Source: Eledone cirrhosa (taxonomy: Eukaryota). Taken from it: DNA of 64,000 nucleotides. The notes beneath the pieces are model-generated. The model had not been told where the DNA came from, did no database searches, and was given only the letters and a program-made list of their open reading frames with translations. Numbering within the stretch: the first letter of the stretch is position 1; every line of letters begins with the position of its first letter. The stretch spans positions 25,110,001 through 25,174,000 of the forward strand of contig OZ024751.1 of the NCBI GenBank assembly GCA_964016885.1, in the 5' to 3' direction. The position numbers and the translations under genes are program-made. Below are positions 15,131 through 29,595 of the stretch, one piece after another.

Positions 15131-15166
15131 TCTAACGCTTCGGACGCTAGACCTTCATCAGAAGAA
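15131..15166 (-). ncRNA. Degenerate minimal hammerhead motif
   Basis: Minus strand: CUGAUGA-AGG-UCUAGCGU-CC-GAAG-CGUU. A15.1 is replaced by G and stem I is weak. Confidence 0.35.
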
Positions 15167-15220
15167 AGGAGAAATAAGATAGATTGAGGGGATGGGCGGT
15201 TTGTAATTGGAAAAAAATGT

Positions 15221-15269
<49 letters not shown>

Positions 15270-15274
<5 letters not shown>

Positions 15275-15550
15275 ACTTCGTTTCTGTATTTGTTTTCCAA
15301 GATTTCTTAACTTGAAAACGTGTGTTGAAACAGATATTGTTATACATTGGGAGCGTCATGCTGCCAATAGAAACACACGCATCTGCTGATTTTCACTTCA
15401 ATTTATCATAATTCTCCAGTTGGTTAGTTTAATAACCGGAAGGTTATTTATTTGTTTATTGTGAAGGCTCTTTCGTCACATATTTTGTGACCTACTCAGT
15501 GACTAATTTGATGTTTTCTTACTCTCCTTTGTTCTGTCCTGCGTCATCTT
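15270..15550 (-). mobile_element. Penelope-like terminal repeat family copy; relatives at 33205-33350, 62015-62190 and 62200-62490
   Basis: Shared TGAAAACGTGTGTTGAAAC.GATATTGTTATAC..TGGGAG.GTCATG block. Carries a mutated hammerhead at 15461-15504 (CUGAGUA...GAAA) homologous to the one at 62266-62308. Confidence 0.6.
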
Positions 15551-15599
15551 CTTTTCCTAGGTATATTTTATTGGCGGCATATATTTTATAAAATAAAAT

Positions 15600-15710
15600 A
15601 TAGAAATCGCTTCAACAGGACTAAAACTTAGAAGTGTTTCAGTCGAAGGAAATCATCAGGATTTCCTTCGAATGAAGCAAATCTAGTCCTGTAGAAGCTA
15701 TTTCTATACT
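15600..15710. repeat. Imperfect fold-back containing a degenerate hammerhead of the same family as 57058-57162
   Basis: Minus strand: CUGAUGA-UUUCCUUCGACU-GAAACA...UAGUCCUGUUGAAGC. The plus arm ends CTAGTCCTGTAGAAGC. Confidence 0.55.
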
Positions 15711-15879
15711 AAATGTTGTTGTATTTACTCAACAGATATATTGAGCACTTTACTTGCTATGGTTACCCCCGATAAACCCGACACACACACACACGCACAC
15801 ACACACGCACACACACGCACACGCACACGCACACACACATACATACATACATACATACATACATACATACATACATACA

Positions 15880-15911
<32 letters not shown>

Positions 15912-16220
15912 GTTAACTGACACCAATATAGGTTCATGCAATTTCTTCAACATCATTGTCGACTATATTTATGTCTTGTTTTGGGTAGTTGAAGTAATAT
16001 AATTATTAAATATTCGTGTATTAAACTGTGGGATGCTTGCAAACTCCGATATTCTATAGATAGATCTATTTTATATACCTTGAAGACATAAAATAGGTTT
16101 CTCTATAAACTTTGAGTTCTTGAATATCAATCTCTTTGAACTCGGGTATGAAAAGTTTTGAGACCGTACCTCACAAAAATTGATCAATACTTATACATAT
16201 AGATATACAGATAAAGAGAT

Positions 16221-16270
<50 letters not shown>

Positions 16271-16305
16271 GTATATATCATGTATTAATATTCATTTTCT
16301 CTCAC

Positions 16306-16355
<50 letters not shown>

Positions 16356-16468
16356 CGTATATATCATGTATTAATATTCATTTCCTCTCACTCACTATAT
16401 ATATATAGTGAGTGAGAGAAAATGAATATTAATACATGATATATACGTGTATATATATATATCCATCT

Positions 16469-16508
<40 letters not shown>

Positions 16509-16512
16509 ATCT

Positions 16513-16562
<50 letters not shown>

Positions 16563-17504
16563 ATCTCTTTATATATATATATATATAGTATATATATATA
16601 TATATATATCCATCTCTTTATATATATATATATATATAGTATATATATATATATATATATCCATCTCTTTATATATATATATAGTATATATATATATATA
16701 TAATATATATGCGAGTGTATGCGTTCGTCTGTCTGTATAGACCACCTAGAAAACTAGCGAATCTTAGAATTCACACTTGCACGAACGTATTCATTCAAAT
16801 AGAAACCTAGACGTGTGTAAAGTCTGCTGAAATCCTGATCAGCTTGGAGCTTTCTTCTTATTGCGGTTGAAAGTAAAGAGAAACCATTTACACAAATACT
16901 TACAATGTTAGCCATTATTTCTCCCTCATAGCATACTTTTTTCAAAGAGTGGTGTCTCCACGAATACCACAATGCCATTTTCATACCACTCTTTGCGTGT
17001 GTAGGTTATAAATGTCGTAGTAATTATTTTTACACCTCCTGGGTTGGTAATTTATTTTTAATTCATCGACCTCGAAATTTGACTTCATCGTGTAGTGCAC
17101 TGGAACATTTAATCCAACGTAATACATTTGATTGAACTTTGCTATTTCTCCGTCTTGTCCCCAAATGTTCAATATAATAAAAACTAAACAACCAGTGTAC
17201 AAAATGAAGGTCATGCCTGGAGATGTCGATGTGGCTAGTTATAAACTTTAACTGTTTGGTTATGAGAGGGATAGACTAGAGCTAGGGACATAAAGAAGCT
17301 TAGTGCAGTATTTGGTGAGGCATACATCATAGATGAAGACGGGAGTTGATAGAGATGTGTGCACAGACCGAGGGCTTCGCTAGCAATTTGCTATTTAATA
17401 AGAGCAGAAATCTTTGTAGTTGGGATAGAAAAATATATTATTATGGTTTAATTTACTGGGGATGAAGAACACGTTTTGTTAGAAGTGAAAATGCATACCG
17501 GGAG

Positions 17505-17650
17505 GTACATTATGTCCTTGAGCAAGCTACTTTATTTCAGGCTGCTCTTTTTGCGAGGAGTTACGACCGGTAGATAGTATCAGCCAAGTAAAGACCAATG
17601 GAAACATTGTTTCCATTCGTCTGATTTGACTAGTTCCACACCATTTAGTA
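17505..17650 (+). mobile_element. CORE-type SINE fragment, same family as 61509-61740
   Basis: TGTCCTTGAGCAAG.CACTTTATTTCA core plus the GATAGTAT...AAAGACC..GGAAACATTGTT tail. Confidence 0.65.
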
Positions 17651-18179
17651 AGCGAATGCTGTTTGATAACTTGTCGATCGATTCGATTTGATTCGATTCG
17701 ATTCAATAGAATTTGCCTCAATTTGAAATAATTTATCAATACTGTACTGTATAGGTCTCCTGGCATTGACTAGGTTTTAGTTAAGTTGCAATAGTAACAG
17801 TACAAAGTTTGTGACTCTTTCAAGGGCTTTAGCAAAATAAATACTGATAATACCTTTATAGTTGATGCTCCCTCCTGGTGAGGGCAAATCCTCAGCATAA
17901 CAAATACTGCATCATAATAAATGGCCTATCACCCAAAATTGAGTACATCCTCAAGATCTGGGAAATTGTTGTTGCTATACACACACACACGCACACATGC
18001 ACACACGCACGCACACATACATACACTCACATAGATACGCACACACATAATGGACCACATGCCTCCAAGAAAGATTGTGAATTGATTGAAAAGAAGTCAC
18101 TCAAACTTCAACCATTGGTCCACTGACCTATCATGTCCGCTGTTTGCCATTTTTTACTACAACAACAACAACAACAACA

Positions 18180-18241
<62 letters not shown>

Positions 18242-18829
18242 CTCTGCCCAGTATTTCCGTCCTCTCCCCAATGCCAACCTTTCTATATATATTTTTGTCA
18301 AGTTCAATATTAGTTATATGTATAACCGCAGGCAATATAAATCTACAATAATTATCTTGGGCAACTTATTAGATTTGAACCATTAGAAATGGTTGGATAT
18401 GACCTTCCACTAATTAAAACTAGTCGTTAAAACTTTTTTTTTCTGTTATATAATCACCATGGATTGAGCTCTTGTTCATCCTGTGTCATTTCTTCTTTGG
18501 TAATCGCCTGACAGGCAAAAATCAATCATCAAAATTAATCCAATAGACTGATTACCTAATCAAATTTTATAATTTTCTATTTTCTTTTCTCTCCAAGAGA
18601 CAAATTAATTAGAATCCAAAGTGAATCAGTTGAAAGATGATTTAAATTGTAATCAGAGTTTCCTCTTTCTCCGCCTCAAATATTTGTTTATCGTTCGCCA
18701 TAGAAGAGAATTTTATAATTTATTATAAAACCGTCAAAATTGTGACCGAAACAATAAATACGTAACACACACAAACGCAAATAACAAAAGACTACTAATA
18801 CTACTACTGCTGCTGCTCCAATCTCTCTC

Positions 18830-18896
<67 letters not shown>

Positions 18897-19400
18897 GACA
18901 TAAATTTAAAGAGAGAGAGAGAGAGAGCGAGAGAAGACATAAATTTAAAGAGAGAGAGAGAGAGAGAGATACAGGGGGGGGGGGGGGGGATAAACATAAA
19001 TTTATTTGCTTGATTATTTCTTTTCAATTTATATTATATCTTAAATGTCAAAAGCAATTTCTCACGAATAAAGAGAAAAAGTGCAATTTAGAATAAGCAG
19101 CAAGCCGACAGACCGGAAATGAAGGTTATGTCCCAAGTTTGTTCAGAATTATTCACTGAATCAATAGAAATACATTTGCTGGAATTAAATAATTCTTCAT
19201 TGAATGTTTGTCTAAAATCGGTTAATTCCCACGTATGTTAACATTTGGTTAAATATGATTCCTTTGATAATACACGGCAGACATCTTGTCAATAGATGAA
19301 GAAACAGAAAAAGAAACCTCCATCGGTTTTGTGTAACTTTCCTCTAAATTTCTGATAAGAATTATGACTTTTTATATGCTTGTATGTCATTATTATTCAA

Positions 19401-19760
19401 GTGGATTGGCAGTATCGGTAGAGGGTCGGACGCCATGCTTTCCAGCATAGTTACGTCCCTTTACGATCTGAGTTCAAATCCCGCCGAGGTTGACTTTGCC
19501 TTTCATCCTTACGGGGTCGATAAAATAAAATACCAGTAATGCACTGGATAATTGCTGGCCTTGTGCCTAAAGTAGAAACAATTATTATTCAAGCGGTAGA
19601 GGGTCGGACGCCATGCTTTCCAGCATAGTTACGTCCCTTTACGATCTGAGTTCAAATTCCGCCGAGGTTAACTTTGTCTTTCATCCTTAGGGGTTCGATA
19701 AAATAAAGTACCAGTAATGCACTGGGTAATTGCTGGCTTTGTGCCAAAAGTAGAAACAAT
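19401..19760 (+). mobile_element. Tandem dimer of Meta/MESC SINEs separated and flanked by the same 13-mer
   Basis: ATTATTATTCAAG occurs at 19389, 19581 and 19759. The two copies have different 5' truncation points. Confidence 0.92.
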
Positions 19761-21210
19761 TATTATTCAAGCATTTTAGGTTCATTTTCCCAAGAGGTTA
19801 TCCTTGCCGGCCTTCATGAGATTCTTTCTTGAGGCTGTGGGTTACGGCAGGACACCATTCTTTGCTAGAGCTAACCCATTTAGTCACCTCTTACCATACA
19901 CACGATTACGGTCTACCTATACTAAATTGGATATACACGGCAATCGTGTAAGTTTTTATGTAGGTGTATATGTTTGTGATTATGTGTGTGAAAATGTGTG
20001 TATATAATTGCACATGTGGCATTGAAACTGGCAATGGTTTGGGCACGTTCACAGAATATCAGATCATCAAATGCCAACAATGATAATTATCTGAGAATAG
20101 CAAGAAGGAATGCGTGAAGTAAAAACACCGAGGCAATGATACAAGGATTAACTAAAGCGAACTTTAAACTTTTAATAAATATTCATGCTTTATGGGCCCA
20201 GAAAAGATAAAACGTAAAGAGAGCCTGAATGAGATTTGATCTAAAAAAAAACAGATTACCCGGATTAAATATCGAATGCTCTAACGACTCTGTCAAATCT
20301 ACAACCGTTTCGGAGGTAGTATCTTTTTGCGAGAGTTCCTTCTGGATATTTTTGTCTTAATTTCTCCAAGGAGTACACATATTTGGTTAGCGGTCACGAT
20401 TACGTTGATACCATACGCGTCTCATTGCATAGCTGATCCAGGGTTCTGAGAAGCATGATGACTTTACTCTTCAATTACAGGTTGTGTGGCAATTTGGTTA
20501 GCATATTTGGTTAGCTCTATTTATTAGTTTCCGTCTGTTTCTCTAATTTCTTCTCTTATAATGCAGCATCCTATGAATCAGATTTCTCCATCATTCTCAT
20601 TGACTTGACTTTCCCCTTCATAACCCTCCATATAAAACTAACCTGACTACTAACCAACTTACTACTGTTAACATTGAAATTATTTTCTTACTTTATATTT
20701 AACCCTAATTCTCTTTATTAAAATTATTTATTTATTTGTGAACATCTTCAAGACTATTCTATGAAGAGGTTTTATGAATACCTTTCACAATTTTACGCTG
20801 TAATAATCTTACTTTCTGTGCATTCTTTCACTGAACCAGAGCCGTTACATGCTTTCATCTTTAGCACAACTTAGAAAGGTTTTAGATAGATTTTGAATAA
20901 TTTTTACACAGATCTATCTAAACGGAAACATAAATTGCTTTCCTATTAATATGTATATTCAAAGTAGGTTCACAAAAGAATAAGAGAAGATACTTTGATC
21001 ATGCTGTGATACAATGTATTGGTTTGTCTGTGTTTTATAATTATTTTCGATGAAATAAACAAGTGTACACTTAAGTATTGAACTATATTCACCATGTCAC
21101 ACGTTGTAGGCATAACCTAGCCATAATATAGCGAAATACATTTCTCTGCAGGACTAACTACAGTCGATTACGTTCAGACACATCTCCATATATAGACATA
21201 CATACAAACA

Positions 21211-21246
<36 letters not shown>

Positions 21247-21339
21247 AGATATAAATATATAGAGATATTTATATTTACATACATACTTACAGACACAAAC
21301 ACGATTTCTTGCGAATGAAACAGCTCTAGCCCTGTAGAA

Positions 21340-22138
<799 letters not shown>

Positions 22139-22982
22139 TTAGAAAGTGAACAATACAATATATAATTAATCCATTACCAAAGGTTTCTGGACCCTAGACA
22201 ATATTAACATACGTCTATTTCGCTCATCAGTGAGAGAAGTTATGGAATGAAAATACGAAATGAGATTGAAAATCTGTTAAAATTGAAAGTGAGGCTGGAA
22301 AATTGACGGAAAATAAATATACATAAGAAAGAAAATATATAAAGATTATAAATATTAATATATAAAAAATGATATAGAAAATTATAAAAGCACATGTGTA
22401 TATACATAAACACATTCAGATTTAAGTAATATGTATATATATATATATATACGACAAATGCGTGTGCACATTCATGTATATAAAATAGACACATAGGTAT
22501 AAACACACTAGCCTATATAGGTATACATACGTAAAAATACATAGGGAAAACAGGTAAAATAAAATAAGAATTAATCGGTGAGAGAGTACGCTACAAAGAG
22601 TCACACACATAAGTATGAGAAAAGCGTGTACATGCACACACATACACATACATACACACACACACACACACTCCTACATACAGATACATGAGATCTACTG
22701 ATATGACTTTGTTCCTGTCTAGAATATGAAAATGCGAAGTAGGTTCAGATATCAAAGTACTTTATTGATTAGGCTGCGACACACATCTCTATGACGTCAT
22801 TGGCCACGTGATTCCATGTACCCGGTGCCATGATGTCATCAGACAGCTCTTTACATAATAAGGTTACCTTCTCCAGGCAATCCAAATTAAAATGACAAAC
22901 TTGATGTTCTTGAAACCTTTGCCCGTTCCTCTTATATTTACCAATTTATATCTGCCATCTCACACATACACACACCCACACA

Positions 22983-23078
<96 letters not shown>

Positions 23079-23197
23079 ATACCTACACTATTCTCTCTGT
23101 ATATATACACATTCACACATAGATATATAGATATAATACCTGTTCTCTTTTATATGTATAATACCTACACTATTCTCTCTGTGTATATACACACATT

Positions 23198-23252
<55 letters not shown>

Positions 23253-24497
23253 CCTACGCTATTCTATATGTAGAATGCCTTTTGCTCCATCGTAATAAAA
23301 TTACCAACATAGCCTTCCTAATATATTGCCTTCTAAAAGATGTTTCTAGTTATATTAAGGCTTGAAATGTCAAACAAATAATATTAAAACAGGCACTCTT
23401 TGATTTATGGAGGCCAATGGTGGATTTTATATAGCAAACTGGGCAAATTTTTACCTCTTTGATCTTGAAATTTATTGATTTAAAATTCGTTATAATTATG
23501 ATATTATTTAGAGAAGCCGTCTTTATTCAGCGGTGTTGTTCTAGGGGAAAATTAGTTATATAAAACGCCAATTAATGTCATTTTATCAAACGATTCGCGA
23601 ATTATTTTATACCAGATATCACATAATTAAAGCATATAAATAGCATATAACATAAAAAAATATTATTTTATTAATGTGTATAACATCGTACACATTTTGA
23701 GCATTGATCGAACGTAGAAGAAAATAACAACAAAGCATAAACAAGTAATACATTGACTGATTATTCCAGTGTTTACTCAGAAGGAATAGCATTAGAACAT
23801 AATATCGCAGTATTAAATTAGAGCATCATATTTCATTATTGAATTAGAATGCGATGTTTCAATAATATCAAAATAAACATATAATATCCAACTGCGAAAT
23901 AATCAGTATTTTGTGGAGAAGATTGCGTTAAGAATATTCTAATTGGACACTTTAAAATTGAATGGACTGGGCATCCGTATGTTGTGACGATGTATGGTTC
24001 AAGTTGCTATAACAACAGAACCACCTGCCCGTGAAATTAAAACGTGCGAGTGGCTGGGATTTACGCAGTCATATGGACAAATAATGTAATCTCAGGGAGA
24101 TGCAGCGGGATGGACTGCATGTTACAAGACAGTACCTTTGAATTAGAGTTAATGTCTTTCTTGTATTATAAGGTAATTTGCTGAGTATTCCACTAACACG
24201 TGTACCATCAACCCAATTCTCAGGTAGATTCGGTGCGATATAGAGTGTGCAACATTGCTACGTCTATGAATTATAGTACAAATGACAGAGCATTGCTGAA
24301 ACACGTGTACAGTTAATAAAATTGTTAGTGAGCTTCAGTGTAACATAATGTGTGACAAGACTGACAAGTGTGTTACATGTAAATCAGTTTCCGTTTACCC
24401 AGTTTTATTACCAAGACATGGGAAAACCCGAGGCTACGGTAAATGACAATTGCTCTAAAGGCTCCGCAATCGGCTACAATCCAATACGTTATTATTG

Positions 24498-24670
24498 CAG
24501 ACCTGACAAGTCTCCCCGTCCGACGGGGAGATCCACCGCCCACTTTCGGTGTAAAAATGGGTATAGATTTCATTACGTAAGATATCTTCCATTTTGTCTC
24601 ATTTCTTTCCGTTTTGGAGCACTTTTCTTCATGGTACTCCCATTTGGGTTTTTAGAGGTTGGCAGGTCTG
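24498..24670. mobile_element. MITE with CAGACCTGNCAA terminal inverted repeats, copy 1
   Basis: Begins CAGACCTGACAA and ends TTGGCAGGTCTG. A diverged inverted copy lies at 42092-42289. Confidence 0.7.
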
Positions 24671-24949
24671 TAATACAATGTATGCCAAGACTGACCTTTG
24701 TGTTGCATGAACAGTCTATCCGACAAAGCCATTAAGCAGTTTCCGCATACCAAGTTTCATTACCAAGGCATGGGTGGATGACAATTGTTACGGTAAATGA
24801 CAATTCAACTAAATGCTACGCAATCGACTCAAAACTATGATGTTATTATTTTGAAGGGAAATTAGTCATTCGGTTATGCTGCGTCCTCAGGAGTTACATT
24901 TATTCTTTTACTTATAACATTCATTAGGTATTATTTTGTGAATATAATG

Positions 24950-25286
24950 TCATGATCCCGTAACTTCTAAAGGAGTCGCAGAGGTCTACACTGACATAGG
25001 GCTTTTCTAGGACATTTTTAAACATAGCGGAACCCATCCCTCTCCAGGTCTGAATGCAGCAGATTTCTTCCAGAGAAGTATAGACAGTGCAGGAGAGGAA
25101 GCGGGAAAAGAAATATAGAAGAAGAATCGACGTCAGTACTAGACTGGTACTTTTTTTATCGACCTCGAAATGATTAAAAGCAAAGTTGACCTCGGTGGGA
25201 TTTGAACTCACAGAGCAGATAGTTGAAACGAATACCACAATGCATTCTATCCGACGTTCTAACGACCCTGCAAATTCGCGGCCTTA
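24950..25286 (-). mobile_element. Older long-tailed Meta/MESC SINE subfamily (~330 bp)
   Basis: tRNA head and Meta domain plus a distinct tail (GAAGAAATCTGCTG.ATTCAG...GAAGTTAC..GA.CATG) shared with 37851-38171 and 49145-49472. Confidence 0.75.
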
Positions 25287-26225
25287 GAAGAAGAATCATT
25301 ATTGTCAGATAAACTATCTTCTTGTAGTATTTTTTACTGCCTTTTACTCTTTCAGTTCAAATCCCACTGAAGTGAACTCTGATTTCTTTCATCCTATACA
25401 ATTTCTTTCAGTGGCTATACAATATAGTACAGGTGAAGAATAGGTCGATATAATCTACTCTCCCATCCTTACAAATTGATGGCCTTGAACCTAAGCTAGA
25501 AAACATTAAGTGGAATAGATTGACTGAGACGTTAGAGAAACTGAGTAAATATCTTGCAGTATTTAGTCAGGGGTAATTACATTCTGAAAAAAACCAGTGA
25601 GAGGTATCGTTAAGTAAGTTAGAAAAGTAGATGATAGGCATAAACTTGGCTTGGGAGAAGGCTGGTGAAAGGGCTTGCGACAGTGCTGGATGCAAATCGC
25701 TCGTCACTTGCTGCTCCACAGCGAACAGCAGGAACTATGATGGAGTTTAGTGCCTTGTAGCTTGGTGATTGATTGATATTTCAGTATCAGATATATACTG
25801 CGATAGAGACAATCGACTAGAATGTCTTCTTTGCGCTCGCAACAAAACAAAAATCGATATTTATGTTTTTGGCAATCACGAGTACTGGAAGATGATTATA
25901 TACCGTACATAACATAAAAAAATTACTTGTTTAGATCAATGTAAAGTTTCTGGGTTCAATTACAACCGATAACAATTGTCTAAAGATAGACCCATGCATC
26001 CCTTTCTTTATAGAGATTATTAGCTAGAGAATTGAGAGTTTGTCTATGGAGGTTATATGTGAATATATTTGAAAACATTGTAAAAAGATCCAACAAAATG
26101 GCAGACTAACAAATCAAAATCTATTGAAAAGGGTGTGGAAGTTGAACTCTCCTTGTTTTATTTGTTTGTTAGATCAGTAGTGAAAAGTGAATCATAACTA
26201 GTTGATTTGTGAAATGAGATGAATA

Positions 26226-26610
26226 TCTATATATAAATTACTGTGAGTCTGTCACAACACATAGAGAGGAGTTGTTTGACTAGCTCATACTACACCCCTC
26301 TCTTTACGTCTGCTGCTTGCGTGAATCTATGTGTGTGTAAAAGGAAGACAGAGGGGGGAGGGTGAAAAAACTATAGCAAAATAGCGACTAGCGTTCTATT
26401 TGTTATGCTGTGTATGTATGTATGTGTTTGTGTGAATGTATGTGCGTGTTTGTGTGAATGTATGTGTGAATGTATATCTGAGTATGTATTTTTGTAAGTG
26501 TGTCTGTGTTTGCATACTCATACATATAAATGTACACATATGCACATACATACACTCAGACACATATACACATACGTGTCAGCGTGATGAAAACAATCCT
26601 AGTACTCGAT
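26226..26610 (+). mobile_element. Possible non-autonomous Helitron 5' portion
   Basis: A|TCTATATATAAA...GTCTGTCAC start resembles Helitron 5' termini. The 3' end was not convincingly located. Confidence 0.25.
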
Positions 26611-27476
26611 AAGTACGAAATTCATTCACCATATTTATATCAACTGTTTTACTCGGAGTTTCCCATACCATTTAAAATACCCCCTCCCTTATAAAGAAAA
26701 TATCCCCTCCGCCACACTCTAGTTGGAAGAATTATACCCTATATAATTAAATTTTTCATAATTGAAAAAAAACAAAACAATCAAGCATTTGTCAGATAAT
26801 TAACAGTAAGAGCATACCTCCTTCAAACGACCCCTTTATCACCTTCTTGCCTTTATGCCCTTCTTGAATTCCCCGTGCACATTGAGGTAGGGGAGAAGCT
26901 GTACCTCCCACTATGAAAACTATTCTTTTAACTCTTTAATACATTTTTACTGAGAAAAATCTATTTTGAAATTCATATTCCATACAGGACCGAATTAATT
27001 TCTCCTTTTTTTATGGAATAATTTCTACATCAAACATGGCGGTCGATTGTCAGACTTGTTAAAACGCCGGATAGAATGTGTTATGTTATTGGTTCCGGCT
27101 GACTACATCTACACCTTTAAACTATTACCAACAGCATCGTACATGCTGCTGCAACCGCATCCCCAATTGCGAGTGACTGCTATAGTTTTTAATATATCAA
27201 ATAATTTCACTTGTTCAAGTCAACGCTACAACACAGCCACCTGTTAAACATTTTAATAGAATACTACACACCAATAATTTCAGACTGGGACTAAAACATT
27301 TATCTTGCAGTGGTTTCTAAACATTTCACTGCAATTTAAATGAACTTAAAATTTAAATGAACTACTACGGATTCCTCAATACAATTACGATAGTCTTATG
27401 ACAAAAGAGAATACATAATATACAAAATAATGCTTATACATAGAGAAGTGCATATATATAACATCTATATTCTCTA

Positions 27477-28240
27477 CTAGCAGAATGGCCCGGCGTTGCT
27501 CGGGCTTCTAAACATAGATTGTCATGTTTATCCCTCCTTTCTGAAACAGTACAGAGAAGTACGGAATACCTCGGCCTGGAGATGGTGTCTACAATTTGTG
27601 CTTAGGCAAATAATTTTCCATTAAGATTTTTGAATACCATGTAACTGCGTTCCCTCTCTTTTTTGTTGTTGTTTTTTATGCTGTTGGTGTGATAGCAGCC
27701 GTTGGTCATACTACTAACACAGTCTCGTCCTTCTTCAGCCAATCGTGTATATCCCCTTCTGCCTCGTCTACCTAAACAATGATTGTAGCACCTCATCGTA
27801 CACAATGTTCCTTGTTCTTCCGTGTCGGGCATATGCAAAGAGATTTGTCTTGCTTCCTACTCTTGAGCAGTCAATGTATAGTTGCCCGTGTGAAAAACAT
27901 GACTCTTCCAAAAGAAAACCAGCAACAGCTAGGGTCTGACCCTGGGATTTGTTGATAGACATTGCAAAGCTGACGCGGTTCGACAAATGGTTCGTTGGTT
28001 GTCTGTTTCAAGTGCTCTTTTGGTGGCAGTACGTTCAGGATCTTGCGACCATCGAATATCAGATTCCACTGACGATTTGTTTGCCCGCCTTGTTCTTTTT
28101 CTTGCCGCTTTCGCAGTATTTCGGCCAATGAAGAATCTCTTCCTTCAAGGCATGACCTAAAAGCAGGACGAAGTACAATAAGACTAACTAGTAGAGTAAG
28201 GAGTAAACTCGTCAGTGATGCATGTGATTTCCGAACCGTT
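27477..28240 (-). mobile_element. Internally deleted Helitron with an intact 3' terminus
   Basis: Minus strand ends with a GCCCG-AGCAACGC-CGGGC hairpin, 7 nt, then CTAG|T. It contains RepHel N-terminal-like and helicase C-terminal coding remnants. The 5' boundary is approximate. Confidence 0.85.
27768..27977 (-). pseudogene. Helitron PIF1-family helicase C-terminal fragment (motifs V-VI)
   Basis: RVSFAMSINKSQGQTL...CFSHGQLYIDCSRV...TRNIVYDEVL matches the PIF1/Helitron FAMTINKSQGQT and FSHGQLYVAxSRV motifs. Confidence 0.88.
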
Positions 28241-28532
28241 GACTATGTAATTACTGGCCTTGTGCCAAAAGTAGCGGCAGTAACAATGACGACAAGCCGT
28301 CTGTACTTTTGTGAAATAAATACGTTTGTGTATATTTTGTTTTTGTGTATGCAAAAATATCTGTACACGAATATATATATATATATTCGTGTACAGATAT
28401 GACCCCGTTTCGAAACGGCTTGAGCTCTGCCGTCGGGGGTCATACATTTTCCTACTACCCACTCTACTACCCTAAGTATTGAGTACTCTGGTGCGTTATG
28501 GTCCATCTGAGTCCTTACCACAACCCCTTCGT

Positions 28533-28567
<35 letters not shown>

Positions 28568-29508
28568 TGACCGCAAGTTTTGTATGTATTTATATATATA
28601 TATTAATATATTAATACATGCAAAGATTGTGCTCAACAGTTTTGAAAATGAAACATTAATCTTTAATATTCTCAATCGAAGGCTTACTACTGTCCCTATA
28701 TTAATGGAGGCAGTTTAAAGGTACTAATAACTATATTCACCCCTATTATTTTCTAAACTATAATTCTTTGCTGATTTTATCATGCTACTGAGTCACCATT
28801 TCGTTTAGAAAGTTATTTGATAGGGTTCATTATTAATATAAAACCTTCTTCTTTTAATGTTTCATACTATATCTAATTGAATCTTGAAGCTGATTAAATT
28901 TTGAGATATCTAATAAATATAGTTGAAGCCGCAATGAGGATGGATAGAGAAGGAAGAGCGAAGCATTAAGTATTAAGTTGTTTCTTTTAGGAAGCATCAA
29001 ACTGCCTGACATATAGTACTTAATAAACAAATGTCAACTCCACAAACTAAACGCCATTTCCCACGCCAGAAATGACTCTTTACAGTCTTTGCCTTTAGCA
29101 CATCCTATTATCCATTGAAGTCAAACGATGTTATCGGAAACTTTCGATCAACAGTTGTTTGCATGATCAATATTCAGCTCAATAAAGTATTGATAAAATT
29201 CATTCGAATAATATTTGTTTTATTGATTTTCCTTAACCCGAAAGTCAAAGATTATATATTTTTTTTAGCTTAACGTAAAGCAAAGCCAGTAAATTATTTG
29301 TTTTTAGATTCTCTTTTTAGATTCTTCATTTATCCTGATAATGTTTCCCACACTTCAACAGAATTATGTCTCCTCTGCACGCGCACACACATTCTCTCTT
29401 TCACATATATATAGATATATATACATTCAAACACACACATACACACACACACGCACACACACACGCACACACATATATGTACATACATATATAATTATAT
29501 ATATCTAC

Positions 29509-29539
<31 letters not shown>

Positions 29540-29551
29540 CATGAAATTATG

Positions 29552-29595
<44 letters not shown>

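Noticed and set aside
16754-17214. Two adjacent minus-strand ORFs as a host gene
   Set aside because: They have no recognisable domain or splice structure. At most they are a decayed retroelement endonuclease remnant, too weak to call.
22800-22850. Hammerhead on the minus strand (CUGAUGA...GAAU-CACGUG)
   Set aside because: A15.1 and U16.1 are missing and there is no stem I pairing.
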